From: Octopus sinensis
Lineage: Eukaryota
Direction: 5' to 3'
DNA length: 64,000 nucleotides
Assembly (NCBI RefSeq): GCF_006345805.1
Contig: NC_042997.1
Location: forward strand, 213,094,001-213,158,000
Of this stretch, positions 38,546 to 51,588 are shown one piece after another (position 1 is the first letter of the stretch; each line of letters begins with the position of its first letter). Both the position numbers and the translations under genes were made by a program. Under the pieces are notes generated by a model. That model was not told where the DNA came from, searched no databases, and saw nothing but the letters and a program-made list of their open reading frames with translations.

Positions 38546-38875
38546 TTCCACATTATGTGATGCTATATCCCCCTTCTATTTCATCGAAGGCTTCGAGTAA
38601 TATGTCTCTAAATCTCTGCCCATTTGCAGGATCTTTAAGCTTCCAGACCCTTCTCCTCCAGGCTGGTCTTCTTCTGGGCATCCATTCAGCCCTGATCCTG
38701 AAGTCGCTAACTACTAATCTGTGTTGAGGGATACATTCTCCACATAGGAAGGTTTTGGCATTTATAAGCAGCCCTCTTTCCCTTTTTCTGGCGAGGATGT
38801 TGTCGATTTGGCTAGTGTGTCTGCCAGAACGGTAGTTGACTAGGTGAGAGGTGGGTTTCCTGAAGTTGGTATTGC
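38546..38875 (-). mobile_element. RTE LINE endonuclease-RT linker fragment
   Basis: Minus strand RRVWKLKDPANG-like reading, homologous to 56700-56760 (RRIWKLKDP). Confidence 0.6.
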
Positions 38876-38879
38876 AGTA

Positions 38880-40161
38880 TTGGGTTGTCAGGAAAGTTCA
38901 TGCCGTTTTATAGCAGCTTACCTTTCAAATTATTTTAGAACATGGTTGAGTCCATAAAATAGGATTTGACTACACCTCCATTTAGAGCACAGTTTAAGCT
39001 ATCTTTTCATGGAAGAAGGTTTATGTTCCTATGACCTGTGTTAATTCTGTAACCCTTTAAAATGAAAGATAAGAAAGTTCATTTTCGACACTTGATGCTT
39101 TTCTTTTTTTGTAAAGGGAAAAATGCCTCACAAGCAACCAAAGAAATATGCACAGTTTACGGGAATGTTTCTTTATCTGAAAGAACTGTACGGAAGTGGT
39201 TCACAAGGTTCTGAGTTGGAGATTGTAGCCTTATTGATAAAGAGCGATCAGGCAGACCATCCACTACAGATGATGTCTAAATCAAGTCATTAATTGAGAA
39301 TAACCCACATTGCATAACCTGAGAATTGGCAGAAAGCCTCAACCTATCAAAATCTGTCGTTCATGAGCACCTGGTAAAGTTTGGGTACACAAATCGCTAT
39401 GATGTTTGGGTATCACATGAGTTGTGTGAGAAGAATCTTTTGGATCGCATTTCCATCTGTGATTTGCTTTATAAACGGAATAAAAATGCGCCTTTTTTAA
39501 AACAAATTGTGACAGGTGATGAGGAATGAATTATCTACCAAAATGTTCAGAGAAAGCGAGCCTGGTTTAAGTGACATGAGCCACCCTTAGCCACCCCAAA
39601 AGCGGGTCTTCACCCTAAAAAAGTCTTGCTTTGTGTCTGATGGGATTGGAAAGGAATTCTGTGCTATGAGCTTCTCCCAAGTAACCAGACAATTAAATCA
39701 GAGAAATATTGCACACAACTGGATGAGTTAAAGCAGCAATTCAAGAGAAACATCTAGACTTGTCTAACAGGAAGGGTGTTGTTTTCCAACATGATAATGC
39801 AAGACCGCACGTTTCTTTGGGAACCAGACAAAAATTGCTGCAGCTCGACTGGGATGTGTTACCCCACCCTCCATATTCACCAGATATTGTTCCTTCAGAT
39901 TTCCACTTATTCAGGTCTCTACAGAATAGTCTTAAAGGTAAAAATTTCAATTCCTTGGATGATGTAAAAAGATACCTTGATGAATTCTTTGCCAGGAAAT
40001 CATCTCATTTCTGGGAAGAGGGTATTTCCAAGTTAAAGGAAAGATGGAGATGCATTGTGCAACAAAATGGTTCATATTTGGTTGATTAAAAATGTAATGG
40101 CAAGTATTTATTGACCTTTTTCTTTCCTTTAATAATCGGCACAAACTTCCAGACAAACCAC
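38880..40161 (+). mobile_element. full-length (~1282 bp) defective mariner element
   Basis: Imperfect TIRs ttgggttgtcaggaaagttcatgccg / cggcacaaacttccagacaaaccac with TA flanks. ORFs give WVSHEL, IVTGDE and FQHDNARPH...HPPYSPDIVPSDFHLF. Confidence 0.92.
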
Positions 40162-40162
40162 T

Positions 40163-40320
40163 ATGTATATATGTATGTATGCATACATGCATGTATGTAT
40201 GTATGTATGTATGTATGTATGTATGTATGTATGTATGTATGTATGTATGTATGTATATATTTATGTATGTATGTATGTATGTATGTATGTATGTATGCAT
40301 GCATGTATGTATGTATACAA
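40163..40320. repeat. (TATG)n microsatellite
   Basis: Direct reading. Confidence 0.95.
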
Positions 40321-40324
40321 TGTG

Positions 40325-40465
40325 TTTCTTTCTGTTTCTAGTTACCAAATACACTCACAAGGCTTTAGTTGGCCTGAGGCTATAGTAGATGACACTTGCC
40401 CAAGGTGCCATGCAGTGGGACTGAACCCAGAACTATTTGATTGGAAATGAAGCCATGACTGCACC
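40325..40465 (-). mobile_element. tRNA-derived SINE (13695 family), partial
   Basis: cacaaggctttagttggcctgaggctatagtag...gggactgaaccc. Confidence 0.65.
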
Positions 40466-40498
40466 TATATATATATATATCATCATCATCACCATCTA

Positions 40499-40543
<45 letters not shown>

Positions 40544-40562
40544 TATATATATATATATGATG

Positions 40563-40593
<31 letters not shown>

Positions 40594-41784
40594 ATGAGTG
40601 CATATGTATATATGTATGTATGTATGCATGCATGCATGCATGTATGTATAGACCGGAGTTATATTCACACTAATGCATTTGCTTGCTTGGCCTTGATATA
40701 ATCTTATAATCAACATTGAAAACAATGGACTTCTTTTCATAAGAGCATATTCAGAAATGGGAAAAGGTTATTTTGAACTCCTTATTGTTAATTTTTGCAT
40801 TTCTCAGTCTTTGTTGAATAAGATTATTAAATTGCCTGGAAGCTTTGGAAAGGACTTACTGTGGAAGGTAAAGCTGGAATGGTGGAGGTGAACTAGAGAT
40901 GGAATTCACAGTGGGGATTCCATTTACTTCAATTCTTAATCTTTATAACCTTTCTTGAAGTGTTTCTTGAAATTCAGATTCATAATGGATTAACCACTAT
41001 TTCAGAATTCTAAAGAGGAAATGGAAAATGTTTAACCCAAAAGAAGTGACAAATATTTATTTTACTCTTTTCTGTGAATTTTTGAAATTTTCTGGGAATT
41101 TCTTTTCAATTCATCAAATATTGGAAATTGGGAAATACCAAGTCTTTTCAAATAAATTCTTGAAAATTAATATGAAATATATATTTTTTTCTTTGACTGT
41201 GTTTTCATCTTAGAGAATCATTTCAAGTGTACGTAAATATGTTTTGTTGCAGAGAAAGCAGAACCAACAGCATAGAAGTTGGAATGGTTTATTGTCTCTG
41301 AGACAAGATACATGACTACTTTGATATTTGATACATACATACACACACACACACACACATATTTCTTGTAAAGTAGGTGCTGCAATGTACCTTCAGTTAC
41401 TATTAGTGTCAATTGAATTCTTCCTTTTCGGCGTTATATTGCGTCTAGCCACTTTTATTATTTTGTAATTTTTCCATTACCATTTTGCCAAATCAGTCAT
41501 TGATTCTTATGGTAAATTTGACTTAACCATAAACGATAGAGCAATACTACTCATGAGCTTTAATTTCAAGCAAAATTGGTTTACCAATTTAGTACCCTTG
41601 CTTGCTGTGGGGTGGTTAACTCCCCTGTCAGTACATAGACTTGTGCCATGTTTGTGACTACAAGGGTATTGGACTCTTATTTCTAGCAATGTTGGTGCTA
41701 CTGTGCACTCTTGGTCACTATTAGTGACAGTTGAATTCTTTATTTTTCATTTCATATTGTGCCTAGCCACCTTTATTATATATA

Positions 41785-41985
41785 TAATATGAGGGAATAT
41801 TATTCCAAACTTACTGGGAAAAATTCAATTTAGAAATACTAAATCAAATTTCACAAAACATAATATATATATATATAAATTAGAAAAAAACACCTTTTAT
41901 CAATTCAATATTGAAAAATTAAATTATACTATTTAGAAAAATTACATATTATAGAAAAATTAAATATAAGATAAAACATACCTCT
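41785..41985. repeat. second copy of the AT-rich repeat at 20665-20870
   Basis: gagggaatattattcc...gggaaaaattcaatttagaaatactaaatcaaatttcacaaaa is shared. Confidence 0.85.
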
Positions 41986-42193
41986 GATGAGCATAGGGTT
42001 ACATAATCGGACTGTTACATAACACTCCATTGTATCCTTAGTGCAAAGCCAATTGGTAAGATCAGCTTTAATGGATATATTATACTGTACACTTTGGATA
42101 GTATACACATTCTATTGACAGATATACAAAGGCATTTTTTCCAGAATTATGGACTCTTCGATGGCTTAAACAAACACACACATGCACACATGC

Positions 42194-42226
<33 letters not shown>

Positions 42227-42249
42227 GGATAATAAAACGAATGGCATGT

Positions 42250-42500
42250 GTAAAAGATTCGAGCGAGATCATTGCCAGTACCACCTGACTGGCCCTGTGC
42301 TTGTGGCACGTAAAAGCACCCACTACATTCTCGGAGTGGTTGGCGTTAGGAAAGGCATCCAGCTGTAAAAAATCTGCCAAATCAAGATTGGAGTCTGGTG
42401 CGGCTGTCTGGTTTGCCAGTCCTCAGTCAAATTGTCCAACCCATGCTAGCATAGAAAGCAGACGTTAAACGATGATGATAATGATGATGATGATGATGAT
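42250..42500 (+). mobile_element. RTE-LINE 3' tail copy
   Basis: Family tail plus (GAT)n. Confidence 0.85.
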
Positions 42501-42516
42501 GTAGGCATCTTGATAG

Positions 42517-42850
42517 TCATTCAGAAATTCTATTAAGTAACTTTTCTTTAGTCCACAGAATAGACAAGGATTCCTTGGAGCAGAGATGGCATTTCCTGGA
42601 AATTATACTGTATGGTTTTGCATGTCTAACTATGGACCAATTAATGTTGTACTTCATTTTATCCTCCTTCTGTCGCCATATAAAATCTGCCAAAGATGTC
42701 GAATGTCTCTTATTGATTGTCTTAGAGCTGGCAACATGGTTACGATAATGATTCTTAAATGAATCAGCCATCTGCCCAATGTAAACATAGGGCCCTCCCC
42801 TATGTTTACATTGGGCCGATGGTACATTTATATACAAGCTTTGTACTCAT
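42517..42850 (-). pseudogene. Penelope-like element GIY-YIG endonuclease fragment
   Basis: LVYKCT...YVYIGQMADSFKNHYRNH...STSLADFIW...YNINWSI...CHLCSKE...LLNRISE fits the PLE GIY-YIG C-terminal pattern. Confidence 0.8.
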
Positions 42851-42878
42851 ACAGCGATTCATCAGAGTGTGTGTGTGT

Positions 42879-42911
<33 letters not shown>

Positions 42912-44029
42912 CAAAAGAGAGAAATGGCAAATGGAATTCATGAGATTGTTTTTATTAATCACAATGACCATCGGTCTCTCACAGGTGAGATTCTGGACAA
43001 CTGGTTGTTGTTGTTCCTCTTTTGGTGCAAATGTGTCTTGTCATGTGACATTTCCGAAAGGGTCCCCACTCATCAAACTCGGTTTCACTTGGTTCAATTA
43101 TAATTCATTTTGTTATTTCATGGTTTGGAATGGCATTATACAGGTAATGGGCCTACACATAGTTCCACCTGCACAGGTGAATCCACTTTCCCAAAATCCC
43201 TGTTATACGTTTCCCATCCCTCTTATATTTTTATCATTTCAGCCAAGAACCTTGATGAACCACAGCAACATCACTCCTTCCCTTATTGATCGATTCGGTG
43301 TCTCTTAAAATATTTTTTACTCATTCACCTTCCTTTCTTTTATCTGGTTCTTATCTGGGTTTTATGTGGTTCTTATTATTATTGTTTTAACTCTATTTTA
43401 TATTTTTTATTATATTTCATTTACCTTTTTTTTTTTCATACTTCATTTCAGATATCTTTCAATTAACCATTAATTAGTAGCCAAAACAGTAAAATTAGAG
43501 AAAAAGTTGTGATGCTGTGTGTCAACAAAAAGTTAAAACAAACAATTGTAACAATGAAATAAGTTTTATGTGGAAGGAGAAGAAGAGTGTAACATTTCGG
43601 ATACTTGGACTGCTTTGGGGAGAGAAAGAAGGAGAGAGGGATAGAAGGAGATAGGGAGAGAGGAAGGTAGGGAGAGAGAGGAAAAGAAATCTGTAAACAG
43701 AAAATGAAAGAAGTGGAGAAATGGTGTTGGTTGGGTTGAAACGCGGAGAAAAGGAGAAGAAACCAGAGATAGGTGGTGTGAGTAGTGTAGAAGAGAAGTG
43801 AGCCAAACAATAGTAAGATAAGATAGTTGCAATACTGAAAAGATAACGAAGGTTCAGTAGAGAGGAAAGAGCAAAGGGGACACACACACACACAGAGTGA
43901 TTGACTAATGGACATCTCTCACAGTTCAAGAAAAACAGTTCTGCAATTTCTTGCAGAACAACCTGCACAAATAATTTTGTTTACACTGATCAAATGTTGA
44001 TGAGCTGAACCATTAGCTGGTTTCCTCCA

Positions 44030-44185
44030 TCAAATTGACATTGCCTGAACAGGTGCACTGCGCACCACATGTCAGATGCTGAACAATGTCGGATGAAGTG
44101 TTTTGCTTGAGAACACAATACACAATACATGGTCCAGGAAGTGAAATGATATCACAACCATTCTAGCCACTTGGCCATGTGCCCT
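44030..44185 (-). mobile_element. tRNA-derived SINE (4870 family), decayed
   Basis: ctgaacaggtgcac...gaagtgttttgcttgagaacac, shared with 4870-5064. Confidence 0.6.
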
Positions 44186-44247
44186 TACACACACAAATAC
44201 ATATATACAGTCATCAAAAAGTTTTTGTTCGTCTTGAGGCTGATATA

Positions 44248-44350
44248 GGTTCCTTGTCTTTCCTGATGAGAAGACGGCATAATGCACCCTTTATTCCTTC
44301 GGAATTAAGAATATGCAGTCTTCGAAACATGTGTCGGGAGTAAAGGAATT
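44248..44350 (+). ncRNA. type I hammerhead ribozyme with intact core
   Basis: CTTTC CTGATGA GAAGAC..GTCTTC GAAA C ATGT G TC GGGAG. Core at 44263-44269 and 44324-44327; predicted cleavage after C44335. Confidence 0.85.
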
Positions 44351-44689
44351 TTGTTAAAATCTTCGTTCGACTCCATTCTTTCATTTATTCATATAAAAGA
44401 TACACACAAATTTCCACACAAGAACACGGGGTTTCTGCCCTTGGCATGTAGGTTCAACCGTGTTTTCTGACGTGAATTTGCTACCCAGGTATCGGTTAAC
44501 CGAATTATCCATACTAGGATAATTCATTCACCTACTTAATTATATATATATATATATAATCATTATTTGCAACAGAAAGCAGTATTAGTTTAAAATAGCA
44601 ATCTGTGTATCATACTTAAAGTAGATATGCCGTAGAAAGCCTAGTTATCTGCAGTATTCATCCTGAGGTGGTATCTATTTTTTATAAAA

Positions 44690-45000
44690 GGTAAAGACTC
44701 ACTTCAGTCATGGATGAAGTTACCCTCTGAGGCACAAGTCTGGATTTATGAAAAACCAGCAATCACCTATGCATACCAGTCTCACCTCCCCACACCATTG
44801 ATGTTATCCAAAGGAAAGACAAAGGGGCCGATACAGCTTGGCACCAGTGATGTGGCAACTCATTGCAACAGCTGAGTTAACTGCAGCAACATTAAATAAA
44901 GTGTCTTGCTCAAGAATACAACACACAGCCATGGTCTGAGAATCGAACTCATGACCTCGTGATTGTGAGCCCAATGCTCTAACCACTGAGCCAGGCACCT
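44690..45000 (-). mobile_element. tRNA-derived SINE (12308 family)
   Basis: Minus strand tggctcagtggttagagc...gagttcgattc...gtgtgttgtattcttgagcaagacac. Confidence 0.8.
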
Positions 45001-45959
45001 TTTCTTTTTATACAATGTTAAAAAAGGCATAAAAATATATCAGCAGCAGATAAAAATTATCCAATTGTATGTGGGCAGCTCTCCATCCTTGCCAGCTCCT
45101 GTAAAATCATCCAACCCATGCCAGCATGGGAAATGGACATTAAACGATGATGATGATGATGCAGGCATATTCTTTTACTGAATTCACTCATTGGACACTC
45201 AATAGACTAGAACACCCCCCTCTTTTTCCCCACTTCTCTTTCTATCTCTGTCTCTCTTCTTGTCTACTTGTCTTTATTTCTTACTTTTCTTTCTCTTCTC
45301 TCTCTCTCTCACACATAAAAGAAGAAACATTGAGAGTGTATTCTATATGTGTTAAAAGTGCACTGTCGTCTGACAATGAAGCACTGGTGCTACCAGCAAA
45401 GGATGTAAACTGACAGCAGACCAGACAAGTGAAAAGGATTCATCAAATGTACAAACAGTAGTCACAAGTTGAATGCAAATCAGCGAGAAAGTGAATAATT
45501 AGCAGATACTTTGATTGGTCCAGTGACTGTTGTTAACCAATATATCTCCATCATACGTCTGACTTCCACTTTCACTTTCTATTCAGAAATACATAAAATG
45601 GTCCAATAGCGAACAGTATGATACATTTACAATATTTCTTTAAATAAAACCATCAGCACAAAGAGGTTTTAATTGCTGAACTAAAATGTCAGTCAAGTAA
45701 TTTATTAATTAATGCTTTTTTTATAATAGCTATTGCTATTTTTATAAATTTCTGGTTTTACCTCTTTGAAGAATAGTTTCTATGACATTTAAAATGACTT
45801 TAATCCAATGATGAGTGTTAGTAATTGTTCTTAATTAGAAAGCATGTGAGCTTATATTCACGAGCTAAACCTGATTGTAGCATTACAAATTTGATGAAAA
45901 ATTTAATAACATTTTCTATCACAAAAGGAAACATGCTGTTCTATTTCTTAGGATCATGT

Positions 45960-46337
45960 TCTCCGCTTGCAAAGACCTGTTGAGGCAAATGAAATCGAAA
46001 TCGATCAAAAATCAATGGAAATTGTAGTTGTGATTCCAGTGATGGTGGCACGTAAAAGAATCATCCGAACGTGGCCATTGCCAGCACCGCCTCAACTGGC
46101 CTCCGTGCTGATGGTACGTAAAAAACACCAACCAATCATGGCCATTGCCAGCCACGCCTGGCACATAAAAAGCACCCACTACACTCACGGAATGGTTGGC
46201 GTTAGGAAGGGCATCCAGCTGTAGAAACTCTGTCAGATCAGACTGGGCCTGGTGCAGCCTCCTAGCTTCCCAGACCCCAGTTGAACCATCCAACCCATGC
46301 TAGCATGGAAAGCAGACATTAAACGATGATGATGATG
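45960..46337 (+). mobile_element. RTE-LINE 3' UTR and tail copy
   Basis: gcaaagacctgttgaggcaa...units...tail (GAT)n. Confidence 0.85.
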
Positions 46338-47225
46338 TTAGCTATATGCTAAAATGAAATTATTTGTTGATCCCAAAACTGAGTGACACCAAATAACAAA
46401 GCATTTTAATAATCTTCCATTTTAGAATTGAGTTATTTCGTGGCAATCTCAAAATATTGTGAAGCGAACAAAAAACAGTCTTTTTGTAGGGAAAATATCT
46501 TCATCTCTAATTCCTGGCCCTTGACATGACCAAGCAAAACGGAAAAAAAGTTAACTTTTTATTTCAAGTAAATATCAGAAATAAGTGATGCCTTCCTGTG
46601 TTTCTCTGAAAATGTCTGAGACGAATTTTAATCAATTTGTCAACAAGAATTCCATGTAGAAGCACAAAATTCTCTTTCTTTTCTCAATTCTCGTGTTTTA
46701 ACCTATAATATGCAAGACAATGCCAAGAGAGTGTAGTAAGACCCAGAGCTGCCCAAAGCTGACACCAAGATCAGCATCACAAAAACACTGGCAAACATTC
46801 ATCAAATATAAATCAATTTTGAATTATTAAAATTCCAAACCAGCCTCCACAGCCCTTTTACATCCAGCAGGGATCACTGATTTAATAATGCTTCTTCTCA
46901 TTTCATGACTGACAGCATTTCAAAGAATGTTGTGAACATATATACAAGAAGGGAGCACATACATTAACAGTTTTCTTTTCTTACAGAAGAGGCCTCTGAG
47001 TAATCTCCCCACTTATAATTCCTTCAGTTTTTGTTTGGAATTTCAGCTCTTCCTGCCTGGCATTGTCCTTGTCGCTCTCTACAAGTAATTCCATGAAGAA
47101 TTTGCAGCTCTCCAAGACAAGATGGGTTGCTTGGGTCAGGAAAAATAATATGAAGAGAAGAAAGAAGGGAGAAGGAGGAAGAGAGCATTAGAGGAGGATA
47201 TGTAGAGATGTAGTTAATGGACAGA

Positions 47226-48097
47226 TGATACGGTAGAGAGGAGAGGTGTACGGGATGAACGGTAGAGAGGAGAGGTGTACAGGATGAACGGTAGAGAGGA
47301 GAGGTATACGGGATGAACGGTAGAGAGGAGAGGTGTACGGGATGAACAGTAGAGAGGAGAGGTGTACGGGATAAACGGTAGAGAGGAGAGGTGTACGGGA
47401 TGAACGGTAGAGAGGAGAGGTGTACAGGATAAACGGTAGAGAGGAGAGGTGTACGGGATGAACGGTAGAGAGGAGAGGTGTACAGGATGATACGGTAGAG
47501 AGGAGAGGTGTACGGGATGATACAATAGAGAGGAGAGGTGTACGGGATGATACAGTAGAGAGGAGAGGTGTACGGAATGATACGGTAGAGAGGAGAGGTG
47601 TACGGGATGATACGATAGAGAGGAGAGGTGTACAGGATGAACGGTAGAGAGGAGAGGTGTACAGGATGATACAGTAGAGAGGAGAGGTGTACAGGATGAA
47701 CGGTAGAGAGGAGAGGTGTACAGGATGATACAGTAGAGAGGAGAGGTGTACGGGATGAACGGTAGAGAGGAGAGGTGTACAGGATGATACAGTAGAGAGG
47801 AGAGGTGTACGGGATGAACGGTAGAGAGGAGAGGTGTACGGGATGAACGGTAGAGAGGAGAGGTGTACAGGATGATACAGTAGAGAGGAGAGGTGTACAG
47901 GATGAACGGTAGAGAGGAGAGGTGTACAGGATGATACAGTAGAGAGGAGAGGTGTACGGGATGAACGGTAGAGAGGAGAGGTGTACAGGATGATACAGTA
48001 GAGAGGAGAGGTGTACGGGATGAACGTAGAGAGGAGAGGTGTACGGGATGAACGGTAGAGAGGAGAGGTGTACGGATGAACGGTAGAGAGGAGAGAG
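47226..48097. repeat. 29/30-bp purine-rich minisatellite, ~30 copies
   Basis: Units ggtagagaggagaggtgtacgggatgaac and agtagagaggagaggtgtacaggatgatac. Confidence 0.97.
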
Positions 48098-49147
48098 GGA
48101 AGAATGAGAGGAAGAAAGAAAGAAAGAAAGAAAAGAATGTGATGAGGAGGTCCTCATCAACTGGGGCAGACAACATTGGTGATGTACCCCTGGCAGTATA
48201 AAACAGGGTAACTGTCAGCAGAAACAGAGATTAAGAGGATTGGTGTGGTGGCTCTGCGTAGATTGGTATGGCTATGTGATATGAAGTTAAGATGGGATTC
48301 AATACAGAGAAGCACAATTATAGAAGTGAGTAAATTGTGTGAGTGGCCAGGCTGGAGGAAGACATACCAAATCTCTCATGTTTTTAGAGTTTTTATAGAA
48401 ATTATCAGCAGTGGTGGGGTGGGAGAGGAAAAGCATATGAGATCTTACTCATGATATTTGTGCATGCATATTTTCGTTGCACAGAAATTAGATCCAAGAA
48501 AGTTCTTCTGGAAATTTTGGCGTGAGGGCGATTGGAGGTTTGCTGCAAGTACATGGCTGCCCTCGGTCATCTGCTCTGCTAAATCTTCAATTGATGCCAG
48601 ACACATGAACAGCTGAATGGCAGACTTTATTGTAAATCATAATGTCCCAGAGTAAATGGCTGTCAATTTGTCCTCTGCCCAGTCATAAATATTTGTATAA
48701 ATATCCACATTGACACCTAAATAACGAACTTCAGTGTGTGCTGCCTTGTCCCATGATAATATCAATAACAATAATAAATATTTCATAAGATAGCAAGCAT
48801 ATTGAATATGACAGCATATGAATAAATAAACAACATAACATAAAGTAGAATATAGAAAAATATTAAAAAATTAAAATTATGGATTGCTTCTCTTTTCTTT
48901 CATTTCTTTTCCTACGATGATTTTTTTTCTTTTTTAAATGGTAAATGTGCCACTTCTTAATATTCTGCTGTGGGAAAATGGCTGCCCTTCTATCCTTTCT
49001 ATTTATATAAACACACACACATACACACACACATTCATTTGTTTCATGTCCATTCTTCTACACTGACAAAGATCAAAGAAACCCCTACTGCTGAAGCATT
49101 AATGAGATTAAGAAAGACCCCAATAAAATGATATGAGAAGAGATTTT

Positions 49148-50048
49148 GAATGTGGAAAACAACACCCTTCCTGTTGGCCAATTCTGGACGTTTCGCTTGA
49201 ATTGCTGCTTTTAACTCATCCAGTTGTGTGCAGTATTTCTCAGAATAAATTTTCTAGTCACTTGAGAGAAGCTCATAGTACAGAATTCCTTTCCAATCCC
49301 ACCAGACACAAAGCAAGACTTTTTTAGGGTGAAGACCTGCTTCTGGGGTGGCTCATGTCGCTTACTCCAGGATCGCTTTCTCTGAACATTTCAGTAGATA
49401 ATTCATTTCTCATTACCTGTCACAATTTGTTTTAAAAAAGGCGCATTTTCATTCCGTTTATAAAGCAAATCACAAATGGAAATGCGATCCAAAAGGTTCT
49501 TCTCACACAAACTCATGTGATACCCAAACATCATAGCGATTTGTGTACCCAAACTTTACCAGGTGCTCATGAACGACAGATTTTGATAGGTTGAGGCTTT
49601 CTGCCAATTCTCAGGTTATGCAATGTGGGTTATTCTCAATTAATGACTTGATTTAGACATCATCTGTAGTGGATGGTCTGCCTGATCGCTCTTTATCAAT
49701 AAGGCTACAATCTCCAACTCAGAACCTTGTGAACCACTTCCGTACAGTTCTTTCAGATAAAGAAACATCACCGTAAACTGTGCATATTTCTTTGGTTGCT
49801 TGTGAGGCATTTTTCCCTTTACAAAAAAAGAAAAGCATCAAGTGCCGAAAATGAACTTTCTTATCTTCCATTTTAAAGGGTTACAGAATTAACACAGGTC
49901 ATAGGAACATAAACCTTCTTCCATGAAAAGATAGCTTAAACTGTACTCTAAATGGAGGTGTAGTCAAATCCTATTTTATGGACTCAACCATGTTCTAAAA
50001 TAAGTCGAAAGATACTATAAATCAGCACAAACTTTCTGGACAACCCAA
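49148..50048 (-). mobile_element. mariner 5' two-thirds, same family as 38880-40161
   Basis: Reverse complement of ~38880-39790, with TIR cagcacaaactttctggacaacccaa+TA at 50048. Confidence 0.92.
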
Positions 50049-50056
50049 TATATATA

Positions 50057-50815
50057 TCATCATCATCATCATCATCATCATTTAGCGTCCGTTTTCCATG
50101 CTAGCATAGGTTGGACGGTTCAACTGGGGTCTGTGAAGCCAGAAGGCTGCATCAGGCCCAGTCTGATCTGGCAGTGTTTCTACGGCTGGATGCCCTTCCT
50201 AACGCCAACCACTCCGCGAGTGTAGTGGGTGCTTTTTACGTGCCACCCGCACAGGAGCCAGACGGAGCTGGCAAACGGCCACGAACGGTTGGTGCTTTTT
50301 ATGTGTCACTGGCACAGAGGCCAGACAGGGCGGCGCTGGCAACGGCCACGAACGGATGGTGCTTTTTACGTGCCATCGGCACAGGAGCCAGGCGAGGCTG
50401 GCAACAGCCATGAACGGATGGTGCTTTTTACGTGTCACCGGCACGGAGGCCAGTCGGGGCGGTGCTGGCAACGGCCATGATCGGATGGTTCGCTTACTTG
50501 TCACCGGCACTGGTATCACAGCTGCAATTTCCATTGATGTTGATCGACTTCGATTTTGGTTCTGCTTTCTGATATCTGATTTGATTTGGTTTGATTTGAT
50601 TTTGATTTTGATTTTGATTTTCACTTGCCTCAACAGGTCTTCACAAGTGGAGTTTTGTGTCCCAAGAAGGAAAGGTATGTATAAGTCGACTGGCTACATA
50701 CCAGGTAGAGGCCACGAGTTATGATCTCACTAGTCTTGCCGGGTCTTCTCACGCACAGCATACTTCCATAGGTCTCGGTCTCTAGTCATTTCCTTGGTGA
50801 GACCTAAAGTGCGAA
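50057..50815 (-). mobile_element. RTE-LINE 3' end (end of ORF, 3' UTR, tail)
   Basis: Matches 19975-20658. Confidence 0.9.
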
Positions 50816-50821
50816 GATATA

Positions 50822-50930
<109 letters not shown>

Positions 50931-51059
50931 GTATATATATATATATCATGGTATCATGGTACTCACCAGACTCACTAGTCACAATGCACTTTATATTGTC
51001 TTAGCTTTTGAATAATATCACCCCAGTGGCTAGGCATGGAGGCCAACATTCCCACTGAA

Positions 51060-51223
51060 CAGAACAGCAACTTGTTGCAAGGTTACCTATCTGCAGCTGT
51101 GTGGCTTCAAGCAACAGGAAATGAAGTATTTTGGTGAAGAACACAATGACCTGCTAGTCTGGGAATTGAAACTACAATCTCATAATCATGAGTGCAACAC
51201 ACTAACCACTAAGCTACATGCCT
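51060..51223 (-). mobile_element. tRNA-derived SINE (4870 family), decayed
   Basis: Minus strand ggcatgtagcttagtggttag...gtagtttcaattcc...gtgttcttcaccaaaatac. Confidence 0.6.
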
Positions 51224-51408
51224 TCATGTGTGTGTGTGTAAACATGTATGTATATATAGAGATAGATAGATCGATATTAATACACACACACATGCATATA
51301 TATATGTTTATGTCTGCATGTATGTATAGATGTATATATATATACATTATATATATATATACATATAAATATATATATGTATGTATGTATGTGTATATAT
51401 ATATATGA

Positions 51409-51588
51409 TAGATCATTAGCCACTACACACATTTTTTTCTCTCCTTGTTTTTTTCTGTGTCCCTTTCTGTAGAAGAGCGTAGGCTCGAAACGTATAAGAC
51501 TTTTTCTATTCCTGAGCGTTATACTAATACATCTGTTTGTTTTGTACACCACCTGTGTTTGTCTTTTGTTTTTTTCATAAACTCTCCC

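Noticed and set aside
41985-42030. ctctgatgag near the PLE fragment (also 23170 and 33052)
   Set aside because: No correctly placed GAAA, stem III or stem I.
47024-48176. 378- and 320-aa ORFs
   Set aside because: Translations of the minisatellite's pyrimidine strand with no domain content.
48440-48710. Possible minus-strand exon/ORF GVNVDIYTNIYDWAEDKLTAIYSGTL*FTIKSAIQLF... with one in-frame TGA (selenocysteine idea)
   Set aside because: No recognisable homology, no SECIS identified and no partner exons. A BLASTX or RNA-seq check would be needed.
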